A stretch of DNA of 64,000 nt from Escherichia coli (GCF_024502345.1 NZ_JALDNN010000001.1), one strand, 5' to 3'. Shown: positions 44,585-56,477, counted from the stretch's first letter. Notes: generated by a model from the letters alone, not told the origin. A program made the numbers and translations.

Positions 44585-45895
44585 ATGGGTCAGGTTTTAC
44601 CGCTGGTTACCCGCCAGGGCGATCGTATCGCCATTGTTAACGGTTTACGTACGCCTTTTGCCCGCCAGGCGACGGCTTTTCATGGCATTCCCGCGGTTGA
44701 TTTAGGGAAGATGGTGGTAGGCGAACTGCTGGCACGCAGCGAGATCCCCGCCGAAGTGATTGAACAACTGGTCTTTGGTCAGGTCGTACAAATGCCTGAA
44801 GCTCCCAACATTGCGCGTGAAATTGTTCTCGGTACTGGAATGAATGTGCATACCGATGCTTACAGCGTCAGCCGCGCTTGCGCTACCAGTTTCCAGGCGG
44901 TTGCAAACGTCGCAGAAAGCCTGATGGCGGGAACTATCCGAGCGGGGATTGCCGGTGGGGCAGATTCCTCTTCGGTATTGCCAATTGGCGTCAGTAAAAA
45001 ACTGGCGCGCGTGCTGGTTGATGTCAACAAAGCCCGCACAATGAGCCAGCGTCTGAAACTCCTCTCTCGCCTGCGTTTGCGCGACTTAATGCCCGTACCA
45101 CCTGCGGTAGCAGAATATTCTACCGGCTTGCGGATGGGCGACACTGCAGAGCAAATGGCGAAAACCTACGGCATCACTCGTGAACAGCAAGATGCGTTAG
45201 CCCACCGTTCGCATCAGCGTGCCGCTCAGGCATGGTCAGACGGAAAACTCAAAGAAGAGGTGATGACTGCCTTTATCCCTCCTTATAAACAACTGCTCGC
45301 GGAAGACAACAATATTCGCGGTAATTCCTCGCTTGCTGATTACGCAAAGCTGCGTCCGGCGTTTGATCGTAAACACGGAACGGTAACGGCGGCAAACAGT
45401 ACGCCGCTGACCGATGGCGCAGCGGCGGTGATCCTGATGATTGAATCCCGGGCGAAAGAATTAGGGCTGGTACCGCTGGGATATCTGCGCAGCTACGCAT
45501 TTACCGCTATTGATGTCTGGCAGGACATGTTGCTCGGCCCGGCCTGGTCAACACCGCTGGCGCTGGAGCGTGCCGGTTTGACGATGAGCGATCTGACATT
45601 GATCGATATGCACGAAGCTTTTGCAGCTCAGACACTGGCGAATATTCAGTTGCTGGGTAGTGAACGTTTTGCTCGTGAAGCACTGGGGCGTGCACATGCC
45701 ACTGGCGAAGTGGACGATAGCAAATTTAACGTGCTTGGCGGTTCGATTGCTTACGGGCATCCCTTCGCGGCGACCGGCGCGCGGATGATTACCCAGACAT
45801 TGCATGAACTTCGCCGTCGCGGCGGTGGATTTGGTTTAGTTACCGCCTGTGCTGCCGGTGGGCTTGGCGCGGCAATGGTTCTGGAGGCGGAATAA
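44585..45895 (+). CDS. fadI: 3-ketoacyl-CoA thiolase FadI (anaerobic beta-oxidation)
   Basis: 436 aa thiolase; stop overlaps the fadJ start. Confidence 0.9.
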   Translation: MGQVLPLVTRQGDRIAIVNGLRTPFARQATAFHGIPAVDLGKMVVGELLARSEIPAEVIEQLVFGQVVQMPEAPNIAREIVLGTGMNVHTDAYSVSRACATSFQAVANVAESLMAGTIRAGIAGGADSSSVLPIGVSKKLARVLVDVNKARTMSQRLKLLSRLRLRDLMPVPPAVAEYSTGLRMGDTAEQMAKTYGITREQQDALAHRSHQRAAQAWSDGKLKEEVMTAFIPPYKQLLAEDNNIRGNSSLADYAKLRPAFDRKHGTVTAANSTPLTDGAAAVILMIESRAKELGLVPLGYLRSYAFTAIDVWQDMLLGPAWSTPLALERAGLTMSDLTLIDMHEAFAAQTLANIQLLGSERFAREALGRAHATGEVDDSKFNVLGGSIAYGHPFAATGARMITQTLHELRRRGGGFGLVTACAAGGLGAAMVLEAE

Positions 45896-48039
45896 TGGAA
45901 ATGACATCAGCGTTTACCCTTAATGTTCGTCTGGACAACATTGCCGTTATCACCATCGACGTACCGGGAGAGAAAATGAATACCCTGAAGGCGGAGTTTG
46001 CCTCGCAGGTGCGCGCCATTATTAAGCAACTCCGTGAAAACAAAGAGTTGCGAGGCGTGGTGTTTGTCTCCGCTAAACCGGACAACTTCATTGCTGGCGC
46101 AGACATCAACATGATCGGCAACTGCAAAACGGCGCAAGAAGCGGAAGCTCTGGCGCGGCAGGGCCAACAGTTGATGGCGGAGATTCATGCTTTGCCCATT
46201 CCGGTTATCGCGGCTATTCATGGCGCTTGCCTGGGTGGTGGGCTGGAGTTGGCGCTGGCGTGCCACGGTCGCGTTTGTACTGACGATCCTAAAACGGTGC
46301 TCGGTTTGCCTGAAGTACAACTTGGATTGTTACCCGGTTCAGGCGGCACCCAGCGTTTACCGCGTCTGATAGGCGTCAGCACAGCATTAGAGATGATCCT
46401 CACCGGAAAACAACTTCGGGCGAAACAGGCATTAAAGCTGGGGCTGGTGGATGACGTTGTTCCGCACTCCATTCTGCTGGAAGCCGCTGTTGAGCTGGCA
46501 AAGAAGGATCGCCCATCTTCCCGCCCTCTACCTGTACGCGAACGTATTCTGGCGGGGCCGTTAGGTCGTGCGCTGCTGTTCAAAATGGTCGGCAAGAAAA
46601 CAGAACACAAAACTCAAGGCAATTATCCGGCGACAGAACGCATCCTGGAGGTTGTTGAAACGGGATTAGCGCAGGGCACCAGCAGTGGCTATGACGCTGA
46701 AGCACGGGCGTTTGGCGAACTGGCGATGACGCCACAATCGCAAGCTTTGCGTAGTATCTTTTTTGCCAGTACGGAAGTGAAGAAAGATCCCGGCAGTGAT
46801 GCGCCGCCTGCGCCATTAAACAGCGTGGGAATTTTAGGTGGTGGCTTGATGGGCGGCGGTATTGCTTATGTCACTGCTTGTAAAGCGGGGCTTCCGGTCA
46901 GAATTAAAGATATCAACCCGCAGGGCATAAATCATGCGCTGAAGTACAGTTGGGATCAGCTGGAGGGCAAAGTTCACCGTCGTCATCTCAAAGCCAGCGA
47001 ACGTGACAAACAGCTGGCATTAATCTCCGGAACGACGGACTATCGCGGCTTTGCCCATCGCGATCTGATTATTGAAGCGGTGTTTGAAAATCTCGAATTG
47101 AAACAACAGATGGTGGCGGAAGTTGAGCAAAATTGCGCCGCTCATACCATCTTTGCTTCGAATACGTCATCTTTACCGATTGGTGATATCGCCGCTCACG
47201 CCACGCGACCTGAGCAAGTTATCGGCCTGCATTTCTTCAGTCCGGTGGAAAAAATGCCGCTGGTGGAGATTATTCCTCATGCGGGTACATCAGCGCAAAC
47301 CATCGCCACTACGGTAAAACTGGCGAAAAAACAGGGCAAAACGCCCATTGTCGTGCGTGACAAAGCCGGGTTTTACGTCAATCGCATCTTAGCGCCTTAC
47401 ATTAATGAAGCTATCCGCATGCTGACCGAAGGTGAACGGGTAGAGCACATTGATGCCGCGCTAGTGAAATTTGGTTTTCCGGTAGGTCCAATCCAACTTT
47501 TGGATGAGGTAGGAATCGACACCGGGACTAAAATTATTCCTGTACTGGAAGCCGCTTATGGAGAACGTTTTAGCGCGCCTGCAAATGTTGTTTCTTCAAT
47601 TTTGAACGACGATCGCAAAGGCAGAAAAAATGGTCGGGGTTTCTATCTTTATGGTCAGAAAGGGCGTAAAAGCAAAAAACAGGTCGATCCTGCCATTTAC
47701 CCGCTCATTGGCGCACAAGGGCAGGGGCGACTCTCCGCACCGCAGGTTGCTGAACGGTGTGTGATGTTGATGCTGAATGAAGCAGTACGTTGTGTTGATG
47801 AGCAGGTTATCCGTAGCGTGCGTGACGGGGATATTGGTGCGGTATTTGGCATTGGTTTTCCGCCATTTCTCGGTGGACCGTTTCGCTATATCGATTCTCT
47901 CGGCGCGGGCGAAGTGGTTGCAATAATGCAACGACTGGCCACGCAGTATGGTTCACGTTTTACCCCTTGCGAGCGTTTAGTCGAGATGGGTGCGCGTGGG
48001 GAAAGTTTTTGGAAAACAACTGCAACTGACCTGCAATAA
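45895..48039 (+). CDS. fadJ: Fatty acid oxidation complex alpha subunit FadJ
   Basis: 714 aa ORF with enoyl-CoA hydratase and 3-hydroxyacyl-CoA dehydrogenase domains. Confidence 0.9.
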   Translation: MEMTSAFTLNVRLDNIAVITIDVPGEKMNTLKAEFASQVRAIIKQLRENKELRGVVFVSAKPDNFIAGADINMIGNCKTAQEAEALARQGQQLMAEIHALPIPVIAAIHGACLGGGLELALACHGRVCTDDPKTVLGLPEVQLGLLPGSGGTQRLPRLIGVSTALEMILTGKQLRAKQALKLGLVDDVVPHSILLEAAVELAKKDRPSSRPLPVRERILAGPLGRALLFKMVGKKTEHKTQGNYPATERILEVVETGLAQGTSSGYDAEARAFGELAMTPQSQALRSIFFASTEVKKDPGSDAPPAPLNSVGILGGGLMGGGIAYVTACKAGLPVRIKDINPQGINHALKYSWDQLEGKVHRRHLKASERDKQLALISGTTDYRGFAHRDLIIEAVFENLELKQQMVAEVEQNCAAHTIFASNTSSLPIGDIAAHATRPEQVIGLHFFSPVEKMPLVEIIPHAGTSAQTIATTVKLAKKQGKTPIVVRDKAGFYVNRILAPYINEAIRMLTEGERVEHIDAALVKFGFPVGPIQLLDEVGIDTGTKIIPVLEAAYGERFSAPANVVSSILNDDRKGRKNGRGFYLYGQKGRKSKKQVDPAIYPLIGAQGQGRLSAPQVAERCVMLMLNEAVRCVDEQVIRSVRDGDIGAVFGIGFPPFLGGPFRYIDSLGAGEVVAIMQRLATQYGSRFTPCERLVEMGARGESFWKTTATDLQ

Positions 48040-48241
48040 GAAGGTCAAAGCTATATGAATCCGCGCTGAATGGCGGATTATTGGTCAAAATGTAAACGCA
48101 TATTGACTATACTTACGCCATTGAGGTAAAAAACAGCGTTTCATTCGGTGAATGGATAAGGCACAATGCCGGCCACCGTTTTCTTTCTCTGGTTTCAGAT
48201 GAAAGAAAACGGGCGAATCTGGTTAACAAAAGCGGTGCAAT

Positions 48242-48727
48242 ATGCAAGTTTTTATCATGCGTCACGGCGACGCAGCCCTCGATGCCGCCAGTGATTCGGT
48301 TCGTCCTCTTACCACTAATGGTTGTGACGAATCTCGCCTGATGGCGAACTGGCTGAAAGGTCAAAAAGTGGAAATCGAACGCGTTCTGGTGAGCCCGTTC
48401 CTGCGAGCCGAGCAAACACTGGAGGAAGTAGGGGATTGTCTGAACCTGCCTTCCAGTGCAGAAGTTCTGCCGGAGTTAACGCCCTGCGGCGATGTTGGTC
48501 TGGTCAGTGCCTATTTGCAGGCGTTGACCAATGAAGGTGTTGCTTCGGTGTTGGTTATCTCCCACTTACCGTTAGTTGGGTATCTGGTCGCCGAGTTATG
48601 TCCGGGCGAAACGCCGCCTATGTTTACCACCTCGGCCATTGCCAGCGTCACGCTTGATGAAAGCGGAAACGGCACATTCAACTGGCAGATGAGCCCGTGT
48701 AATTTGAAGATGGCGAAAGCTATCTGA
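48242..48727 (+). CDS. sixA: Phosphohistidine phosphatase SixA
   Basis: 161 aa ORF with the RHG motif (IMRHGDA). Confidence 0.9.
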   Translation: MQVFIMRHGDAALDAASDSVRPLTTNGCDESRLMANWLKGQKVEIERVLVSPFLRAEQTLEEVGDCLNLPSSAEVLPELTPCGDVGLVSAYLQALTNEGVASVLVISHLPLVGYLVAELCPGETPPMFTTSAIASVTLDESGNGTFNWQMSPCNLKMAKAI

Positions 48728-48740
48728 TTTGTTTGAAAAA

Positions 48741-48779
48741 ATGCCCGATGTAAGCTGTACATCGGGCATTTGTCTTTTT
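48741..48779 (+). terminator. Rho-independent terminator after sixA
   Basis: atgcccgatgta…tacatcgggcat hairpin followed by a T-tract. Confidence 0.55.
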
Positions 48780-49370
48780 GCAATAGTATAAATTCACTAA
48801 AAACCCTTCACGGAGTTGGTATGCTGCGATGATGATTTCATCGCACTCTTTCCTCTGCTTCCCTATTAATTTCTGATGAAATGAGACTAAGTTGTAATAT
48901 ATTCTTACAAATTATAAAGCTAATGGAACAATTAACAGTAAAAAAGAAATGATATTTTTGTGTCTTGATTTAATATTGTTTGTGATGCTTTAATATTATA
49001 TCTTCAAAAAATACAATTTCAAAATTAATCTAAGATCGTCTTTTTTGTATACACTTCCCATAAATTTTAATTATGTAAAAGATGTTTTCTAAGCATTTTA
49101 TTTGTTTTTTATAAGTAAACTCTCAAAATTTCACCTTTTTGATAATATGTTAAGTGCTCCTTAATTCACTGTTAAGTAAATATAATTTGAAACAATAAAG
49201 ACAAAATATCACCATCCGCCCACACCAAAGAATATCTTCTTATGCGACCTATTTTCTTGTTAGTTAGATCGGATAGCTTATTCAATGGCTGGGTATAAAT
49301 AATTGCTATTGACTGAATCAATGTATTGCAATGTTTATATTTTTAATTATTTATGGTTTAAGGACAAATA

Positions 49371-49934
49371 ATGAGTAAGTTTGTAAAAACAGCTATTGCT
49401 GCAACAATGGTAATGGGTGCGTTCGCTTCTACTTCAACAATCGCCGCTGGCAACAACGGTACAGCTCGTTTTTACGGCACCATTGAAGATTCCCCGTGCT
49501 CCATCGTTCCTGATGATCACAAACTGGAAGTGGATATGGGTGACATTGGTTCAGGGATCCTGAAAAACAACGGGACTTCTACACCGAAAGCTTTCCAGAT
49601 CCATCTGCAGGACTGTGTGTTTGACACCCAGACAACGATGACCACTACCTTCACGGGTAACGCGTCTTCTACCAACAGCGGCAATTACTACACCATTTAC
49701 AATACCGATACCGGTGCGGCATTTAACAATGTCAGCCTGGCCATTGGTGACGCTCAGGGGACCTCTTACAAAAGCGGCGCGGGTATCGACCAGAAAATCG
49801 TAAAAGATACGGCGACCAACAAAGGCAAAGCGAAGCAGACGCTGGACTTTAAAGCCTGGCTGGTGGGCGCTGCTGATGCGCCAGATTTAGGTAATTTTGA
49901 AGCCAACACGACCTTCCAGATTACTTATCTCTAA
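49371..49934 (+). CDS. yfcV: Fimbrial major subunit-like protein YfcV
   Basis: 187 aa ORF with signal peptide and pilin-like C-terminal strand; first gene of a chaperone-usher operon. Confidence 0.8.
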   Translation: MSKFVKTAIAATMVMGAFASTSTIAAGNNGTARFYGTIEDSPCSIVPDDHKLEVDMGDIGSGILKNNGTSTPKAFQIHLQDCVFDTQTTMTTTFTGNASSTNSGNYYTIYNTDTGAAFNNVSLAIGDAQGTSYKSGAGIDQKIVKDTATNKGKAKQTLDFKAWLVGAADAPDLGNFEANTTFQITYL

Positions 49935-50003
49935 GTGATACCCCCATAGCTTTCGGGCTATGGGGTTTTTAAATGGAATTCGCGCAAATTATAATAATTA
50001 CGG

Positions 50004-52655
50004 ATGGATACGTGTATGCCTGACCATTCTCTTTTCCGACTGCGGGTGCTTCCCTGCTGCATTGCGCTGGCAATGTCAGGGTGTTATGTCAATGCCTGGG
50101 TTGAAGATGAAATTCAGTTTGATTCCCGTTTTCTGGAGTTAAAAGGCGACACAAAAATCGATCTGAAGCGATTTTCCAGCCAGGGATATGTCGAACCTGG
50201 TAAATACAATTTACAGGTTCAACTAAATAAACAGCCGCTGGCGGAAGAATACGATATTTACTGGTACGCCTCTGAGAACGATGCCAGTAAAACCTATGCC
50301 TGCCTGACGCCTGAACTGGTCGCGCAGTTTGGCTTAAAAGAGGATGTGGCAAAAAACCTGCAATGGATCCACGACGGCAAATGCCTGAAACCCGGTCAAC
50401 TGGAAGGCATTGATATTAAAGCTGACCTGAGTCAGTCAGCGTTAGTCATTTCATTACCCCAGGCTTACCTTGAATATACCGACATCAACTGGGATCCACC
50501 TTCACGCTGGGATGACGGTATTTCTGGTTTAATTGCTGACTACAGTATTACCGCCCAGACACGACATGAAGAAAATGGCGGGGATGACAGCAATGAAATC
50601 AGCGGCAACGGAACAGTTGGGGTTAACCTCGGCGCATGGCGTCTGCGAGCCGACTGGCAGACTGACTACCAGCACAGCAAAAGCAATGATGACGATGTTA
50701 TCAACGGTGATGACACGCAAAAAAACTGGGAGTGGAGCCGCTACTACGCCTGGCGGGCCTTACCGTCGCTAAAAGCCAAACTTGGCCTTGGCGAAGACTA
50801 CCTTAATTCTGATATTTTCGACGGCTTTAACTACGTGGGTGGCAGTATCAGCACCGACGATCAAATGTTGCCGCCGAATCTGCGCGGCTATGCGCCGGAT
50901 ATCTCCGGCGTGGCGCACACCACCGCGAAAGTGACCGTCAGCCAGATGGGCCGCGTGATTTACGAAACGCAGGTTCCGGCGGGGCCGTTCCGCATCCAGG
51001 ATCTTGGCGATTCTGTCTCCGGTACACTGCACATCCGCATTGAAGAACAGAACGGCCAGGTGCAGGAATATGACATCAACACCGCCTCGATGCCGTTCCT
51101 GACCCGCCCCGGCCAGGTGCGCTATAAGCTGATGATGGGCCGCCCGCAGGAGTGGGGGCATCATGTTGAGGGCGGTTTCTTCTCCGGCGGCGAAGCTTCA
51201 TGGGGGATTGCCAACGGCTGGTCGCTGTACGGCGGGGCGCTGGCAGATGAACACTATCAGTCGGCGGCGCTTGGCGTCGGTCGCGACCTGTCTGTCTTTG
51301 GCGCAGTCGCCTTTGATATCACCCACTCGCATACCCGCCTGGATAAAGAGACCGCCTACGGTAAAGGTTCACTGGACGGTAACTCGTTTCGCGTGAGCTA
51401 TTCCAAAGACTTCGATGAACTGAACAGCCGCGTCACTTTTGCCGGATACCGCTTCTCGGAAGAGAACTTCATGACCATGAGCGAGTATCTCGATGCCAGC
51501 GACAGCGAAATGGTGCGCACCGGCAACGACAAAGAGATGTACACCGCCACCTATAACCAGAACTTCAGGGATGCCGGTGTGTCTGTTTATCTCAACTACA
51601 CCCGCCATACCTACTGGGATCGCGACGAACAGACCAACTACAACGTCATGCTCTCGCACTACTTCAACCTGGGCAGTATCCGCAATATGAGCATTTCCAT
51701 GACCGGATACCGCTACGAGTATGATAACCAGGCCGATAAAGGTGTGTACATATCGCTCAGTATGCCGTGGGGTGACAGCAGCACCATCAGCTATAACGGC
51801 AACTACGGCAGCGGTTCGGACAGCAGCCAGGTGGGGTATTTCAGCCGTGTCGATGACGCAACTCACTACCAGCTGAACGTGGGGACCAGTGACAAACACT
51901 CCAGCGTTGACGGCTATTACAGCCACGATGGCTCGCTGGCGCAGGTGGACCTCAGCGCCAACTACCATGAAGGACAGTACACCTCGGCAGGTATTTCCTT
52001 ACAGGGCGGCGCGACGCTGACCGCGCAGGGTGGCGCGCTCCACCGTACCCAGAATATGGGCGGTACGCGCCTGCTGATTGATGCCGATGGCGTGGCTGGT
52101 GTTCCGGTGGAAGGAAATGGCGCGGCGGTTTACACCAATATGTTCGGTAAGACCGTGGTGGCAGACGTCAACAACTACTACCGCAATCAGGCCTATATCG
52201 ACCTTAACAACCTGCCGGAAAACGCCGAAGCCACCCAGTCCGTGGTGCAGGCGACGCTTACCGAAGGAGCCATTGGCTACCGTAAGTTTTCGGTTATCAG
52301 CGGGCAAAAAGCGATGGCGGTATTGCGCCTGCAAGATGGCAGTCATCCGCCGTTTGGCGCGGAAGTGAAAAATGACAACGCGCAGAACGTCGGTCTGGTT
52401 GATGATGACGGCAACGTCTACCTCGCGGGTGTCAAACCTGGCGAGCATATGATCGTTTCATGGGGCGGTGTGGCCCACTGTGATATTCATCTGCCGGACC
52501 CACTGCCAGCCGATCTGTTCAATGGCCTGTTACTACCATGTCAACAAACAGGGGCGATATCTCCTTCGATGCCTCATCAAATTAAGCCGGTGATCCAGGA
52601 GCAGACCCAGCAGGTGATGCCAACGGAAGCGCCGGTATCGGTATCCGCCAATTAA
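50004..52655 (+). CDS. yfcU: Fimbrial outer membrane usher, intact (YfcU-type)
   Basis: 883 aa uninterrupted ORF with usher-family features; alternative start at MPDHS… 15 nt downstream. Confidence 0.8.
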   Translation: MDTCMPDHSLFRLRVLPCCIALAMSGCYVNAWVEDEIQFDSRFLELKGDTKIDLKRFSSQGYVEPGKYNLQVQLNKQPLAEEYDIYWYASENDASKTYACLTPELVAQFGLKEDVAKNLQWIHDGKCLKPGQLEGIDIKADLSQSALVISLPQAYLEYTDINWDPPSRWDDGISGLIADYSITAQTRHEENGGDDSNEISGNGTVGVNLGAWRLRADWQTDYQHSKSNDDDVINGDDTQKNWEWSRYYAWRALPSLKAKLGLGEDYLNSDIFDGFNYVGGSISTDDQMLPPNLRGYAPDISGVAHTTAKVTVSQMGRVIYETQVPAGPFRIQDLGDSVSGTLHIRIEEQNGQVQEYDINTASMPFLTRPGQVRYKLMMGRPQEWGHHVEGGFFSGGEASWGIANGWSLYGGALADEHYQSAALGVGRDLSVFGAVAFDITHSHTRLDKETAYGKGSLDGNSFRVSYSKDFDELNSRVTFAGYRFSEENFMTMSEYLDASDSEMVRTGNDKEMYTATYNQNFRDAGVSVYLNYTRHTYWDRDEQTNYNVMLSHYFNLGSIRNMSISMTGYRYEYDNQADKGVYISLSMPWGDSSTISYNGNYGSGSDSSQVGYFSRVDDATHYQLNVGTSDKHSSVDGYYSHDGSLAQVDLSANYHEGQYTSAGISLQGGATLTAQGGALHRTQNMGGTRLLIDADGVAGVPVEGNGAAVYTNMFGKTVVADVNNYYRNQAYIDLNNLPENAEATQSVVQATLTEGAIGYRKFSVISGQKAMAVLRLQDGSHPPFGAEVKNDNAQNVGLVDDDGNVYLAGVKPGEHMIVSWGGVAHCDIHLPDPLPADLFNGLLLPCQQTGAISPSMPHQIKPVIQEQTQQVMPTEAPVSVSAN

Positions 52656-52677
52656 CAACGTGATTAAGGAATGATCC

Positions 52678-53436
52678 ATGACGAATCTATTTTGCTCTGC
52701 CAGAACGGCCGCAACGACGCTGGCGTTACTGATAACTGCCGCCAGCCTGTCAGCACAGGCCTCTGTCACGCCGGACCGTACACGCCTGATTTTTAACGAA
52801 AGTGATAAATCAATCAGCGTCACGCTGCGCAATAACGACCCGAAAATGCCGTATCTGGCACAAAGCTGGATGGAAGATGAACAGGGTAACAAGATTAGCT
52901 CGCCACTGACGGTACTGCCGCCGGTGCAGCGCATCGATTCCATGATGAACGGTCAGGTGAAGGTACAGGGCATGCCGGATATCAACAAGCTGCCTGCCGA
53001 CCGCGAGAGCGTGTTCTATTTCAACGTGCGTGAGATCCCGCCGAAATCGAACAAACCCAACACGTTACAGATTGCGCTGCAAACGCGCATCAAGCTGTTC
53101 TGGCGACCAAAGGCGCTGGAAAACGTCAGCATGAAAAATCCGTGGCAGCATAAGGTGACCTTAACCCGCAGCGGCCAGGAGTTTACAGTCAATAACCCGA
53201 CGCCGTACTTCGTGGTTATCAGTAACGCCAGTGCGCAGAAAAATGGTAATCCGGCAGCGGGATTTTCCCCGCTGGTGATATCGCCAAAAACCTCCGTACC
53301 GTTAAAGGTCAAAATGGATAGCGTCCCGGTGCTGACCTACGTCAACGACTATGGCGCGCGGATGCCGCTGTTCTTCACCTGTACGGGAAACACCTGCCAG
53401 GTGGATGAAAAGCAAAACAGCCAGGGCCAGGGATAG
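52678..53436 (+). CDS. yfcS: Fimbrial periplasmic chaperone YfcS
   Basis: 252 aa PapD-like chaperone. Confidence 0.8.
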   Translation: MTNLFCSARTAATTLALLITAASLSAQASVTPDRTRLIFNESDKSISVTLRNNDPKMPYLAQSWMEDEQGNKISSPLTVLPPVQRIDSMMNGQVKVQGMPDINKLPADRESVFYFNVREIPPKSNKPNTLQIALQTRIKLFWRPKALENVSMKNPWQHKVTLTRSGQEFTVNNPTPYFVVISNASAQKNGNPAAGFSPLVISPKTSVPLKVKMDSVPVLTYVNDYGARMPLFFTCTGNTCQVDEKQNSQGQG

Positions 53437-53446
53437 GAGCACTAAT

Positions 53447-53947
53447 ATGAAAGGATCTTATTCGGCTTGGGTGTGGTTATTGCTATGTAGTATTGTGAGC
53501 ACGCCTGTAATGGCGGGTAGCAAATCGGTTGCGATGGTCTTGCGGGTGCTCGTTGATGCCCCGCCGCCCTGTACGGTAACTGGTGCGAGCGTGGAGTTCG
53601 GTAATGTATTTATTTCTAAGATCGATGGGGTAAGTTACAAACGCCCCATTGACTACTCGCTTGTGTGCAACAATCTGGCAATGGACGACCTGCGCTTAAA
53701 TATGCAGGCAACTACAACCGTGATTAACGGAGAAACGGTAATCGATACGGGTATTGCCGGTTTTGGAATTCGGATTCAAAAAGCCAGCGATCACTCCATT
53801 CTGGATTTAACGCCTGGCACATGGTTACCGTTTAACTTTTCATCGGGCGCACCGGCACTGGAAGCGGTTCCTGTCGTGCAGAGCGGTGTAACTCTAACGG
53901 CGGCGGAATTTAGCGCCAGTGCCACTATTGTGGTGGATTATCAATGA
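53447..53947 (+). CDS. yfcR: Fimbrial subunit-like protein YfcR
   Basis: Start placed at the internal MKGSYSAWVWLLL… with signal peptide; the ORF-track start at 53351 overlaps yfcS. Confidence 0.7.
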   Translation: MKGSYSAWVWLLLCSIVSTPVMAGSKSVAMVLRVLVDAPPPCTVTGASVEFGNVFISKIDGVSYKRPIDYSLVCNNLAMDDLRLNMQATTTVINGETVIDTGIAGFGIRIQKASDHSILDLTPGTWLPFNFSSGAPALEAVPVVQSGVTLTAAEFSASATIVVDYQ

Positions 53948-54414
53948 AACGGATTTCTCTCTTAATGTTGTGGGGCATTAGCTCTATGGCGCTCTCGAAT
54001 ATTTCTTTTCATGGTTATTTAGTGCAGCCACCGAATTGCACAATTAGTAATGGAGAAAATATAGAGTTGACGTTTCGGGACGTGAATATTGATGACATTA
54101 ACGGCAGCAATTATGAGCAGTTTGTGCCATATGCCATTACCTGTGATACCACTGTTCGTGACCCTCAAATGGAAATGACATTGACCTGGAGTGGCACACA
54201 GAGTGACTTTGATGATGCGGCTGTAACCACCGATATCAATGGATTAGCAATACATCTTAAACAAGCCGGAAGCGATTTTAAGCTGAATACCCCCTTAGTG
54301 GTGAATGAAACAGCCCTTCCTGTGATAACAGCCGTTCCCGTAAAAAAGAGTGGTGTCGATTTACCAGAGGCGGACTTTGAGGCGTGGGCTACGCTACAGG
54401 TGGATTACCAATGA
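53944..54414 (+). CDS. yfcQ: Fimbrial subunit-like protein YfcQ
   Basis: 156 aa ORF with signal peptide; C-terminal …VDYQ shared with YfcR. Confidence 0.7.
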   Translation: MKRISLLMLWGISSMALSNISFHGYLVQPPNCTISNGENIELTFRDVNIDDINGSNYEQFVPYAITCDTTVRDPQMEMTLTWSGTQSDFDDAAVTTDINGLAIHLKQAGSDFKLNTPLVVNETALPVITAVPVKKSGVDLPEADFEAWATLQVDYQ

Positions 54415-54932
54415 AGAAAAACAGTGTGTTGGTGCTTATTTGTAGTCTGCTGTTATTTAGTGGGATAGTCTCCGCTGCCGATAATCTGCATTTTACCGGT
54501 AATTTGTTTGGGAAATCCTGTACTCCTGTAATCAATGGCAACTTACTTGCGGAAATCCATTTCCCCACAATTGCGGCCAGCGATTTAATGCTACGTGGTC
54601 AGTCAGAGCGTGTGCCATTAGTCTTTCAGTTGAAAGATTGCAAAAGTGCCACGGCGTTTAATGTCAAGGTGACCTTGACGGGGACAGAAGACACCGACTT
54701 ACCTGGATTTCTGTCGATTGATTCATCATCTTCTGCAACGGGTGTTGGGATTGGCATTGAAACTGCCGGAGGGGCGGCTGTACCTATTAACAGCAACACA
54801 GGTGCCACATTCCCGTTAAATCAGGGAAATAACAGTGTCAATTTTAATACGTGGTTACAGGCCGTAAATGGACGAGATGTTACGTCCGGAGATTTCACCG
54901 CCACGATGACGGTAACTTTTGAGTATTTTTGA
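54411..54932 (+). CDS. yfcP: Fimbrial subunit-like protein YfcP
   Basis: Start placed at the internal MKKNSVLVLICSLLLFS… signal peptide. Confidence 0.7.
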   Translation: MKKNSVLVLICSLLLFSGIVSAADNLHFTGNLFGKSCTPVINGNLLAEIHFPTIAASDLMLRGQSERVPLVFQLKDCKSATAFNVKVTLTGTEDTDLPGFLSIDSSSSATGVGIGIETAGGAAVPINSNTGATFPLNQGNNSVNFNTWLQAVNGRDVTSGDFTATMTVTFEYF

Positions 54933-55777
54933 ATATGAAAAAATGGACATTTTTTTTAGCGGCGCTTCTGTTACTTATAGTAAATGTGGGAACATCAAAG
55001 AGCTATGCTGGTAGTAAGCTCATGAGTTCAACTTTTAAAAGTACTGAGATTTATTATGGGATGAATAGAATATCGCCTGTGGGTGATTTGTTTTTTTATG
55101 TCACGGTGCTGACACCAGGAGAGGTAAGTTATGGTCAATATAATTCGGACGCTCGGCGTGGCGACATACTCCCGGTGATTTCCTGGACCGGTTCCGGGCC
55201 TGCACCACAGTTGAAATTGACCGACTATGGTCGGACTGATACCTCGAATTGTCCAGGTATAAATACGAAGAATTTTTACTGTGCATATATGACGTTTGAT
55301 GTCACTGTCGAGTCTGATAATTATGGTTGCCCATGGCAGGCGTCATTTTATTCAGTTTCAGAACAGGTAGGATTTGGTGTTTATACCAGTCCAACGGTAC
55401 ATGATTCCGCTTGCCCCACGATTCCGGTTGCTTCTTTTGATATATCATGGAGTGAGAATTACGTTAGCCATAATAAAGCGTTGCGGTTGCAATCCGATGG
55501 TTCGACTATCACGACTACGCTTTCGACCTACCTGATGGAAAGCGGCAAACTCTGTGATGGCAGTGTTTTTGATTCCAGAGGGGCATATTGTCGTGCTGTT
55601 TCGGACTTATTAACCTTTACCTCGTATGGTTGTGATAATGCAAAGGTGACAGTCACCCCCTCACGTCAACCGGTGACGGACAAAAAGCTACACGACATTG
55701 TGGTACAGGTGAATACCAGTAGCCGTGCGCCAATTGATTCTACATGCCGTTTCCAGTATGTACTGAATGAACTATAG
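54929..55777 (+). CDS. yfcO: Putative fimbrial tip adhesin-like protein YfcO
   Basis: 282 aa ORF with signal peptide; last gene of the operon. Confidence 0.65.
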   Translation: MNMKKWTFFLAALLLLIVNVGTSKSYAGSKLMSSTFKSTEIYYGMNRISPVGDLFFYVTVLTPGEVSYGQYNSDARRGDILPVISWTGSGPAPQLKLTDYGRTDTSNCPGINTKNFYCAYMTFDVTVESDNYGCPWQASFYSVSEQVGFGVYTSPTVHDSACPTIPVASFDISWSENYVSHNKALRLQSDGSTITTTLSTYLMESGKLCDGSVFDSRGAYCRAVSDLLTFTSYGCDNAKVTVTPSRQPVTDKKLHDIVVQVNTSSRAPIDSTCRFQYVLNEL

Positions 55778-55786
55778 TTGTGCGCT

Positions 55787-55891
55787 GATGCCTGATGCGA
55801 CGTGAACGTCTTATCAGGCCTACAATTGAATCACAATCTATTGAATTTGCACACTTTGTAGGCCGGATAAGGCGTTCACGCCGCATCCGGC
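55787..55891. repeat. REP/BIME palindromic elements
   Basis: gcctgatgcgacg…cttatcaggcctac and gtaggccggataaggcgttcacgccgcatccggca between convergent yfcO and smrB. Confidence 0.6.
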
Positions 55892-55925
55892 ATTCGGTGC
55901 CAGTGCCACATCCGGCACTTAATAT

Positions 55926-56477
55926 TCACGGCAATTCCGGCGGCAGCCACTCTTCCACTTCAATCAACACCAGCAACGCCGCATCACCACCGTACTCTTT
56001 CGGCGCCTGGTGAAATGCCATCACATGTGGATGTTGCGCCAGCCACAGCGGCGTTTGCTGTTTCAAAATATGCTTACCATGCCCATGCATCACACAGGCA
56101 CAAAACACATGTTCACGGCGGCAGGCGGCAATCAACGCCCCCAGTTCCTGCTTGGCCTGTAGCTGCGTCAGACCGTGTAAATCCAAAAACAATTCCGGCG
56201 AATAATCACCGCGTCGCAACTTCTTCGCTTCAAAATGACTCACATCCGGGCGGACATATTTCACTGGGCCTTCGGTATTCAGTAACGGCTGAAACTCATC
56301 TGAGAAATAATGGCTGGCATCAGCCTGCTCCTGGATCAAGCGTTTCACCGGCACTTCGCTGATTTTCTTACGCTGCGGTCGGTGGACAATTGTGTCCTGC
56401 TTAATCTTGCGAGTCCCCGCCATCAACTGGCGAAACAGAGCCTGGTCCTCCTCGCTAAGTGTTGTTTTCTTTTTCAT
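55926..56477 (-). CDS. smrB: Ribosome rescue factor SmrB (Smr domain)
   Basis: 183 aa ORF recognised as SmrB/YfcN. Confidence 0.85.

Noticed and set aside
53351-53446. N-terminal extension of the yfcR ORF (198 aa version) overlapping yfcS
   Set aside because: The extension is Arg-rich, lacks a signal peptide and overlaps the chaperone gene; the internal Met with a signal peptide at 53447 is the plausible start.
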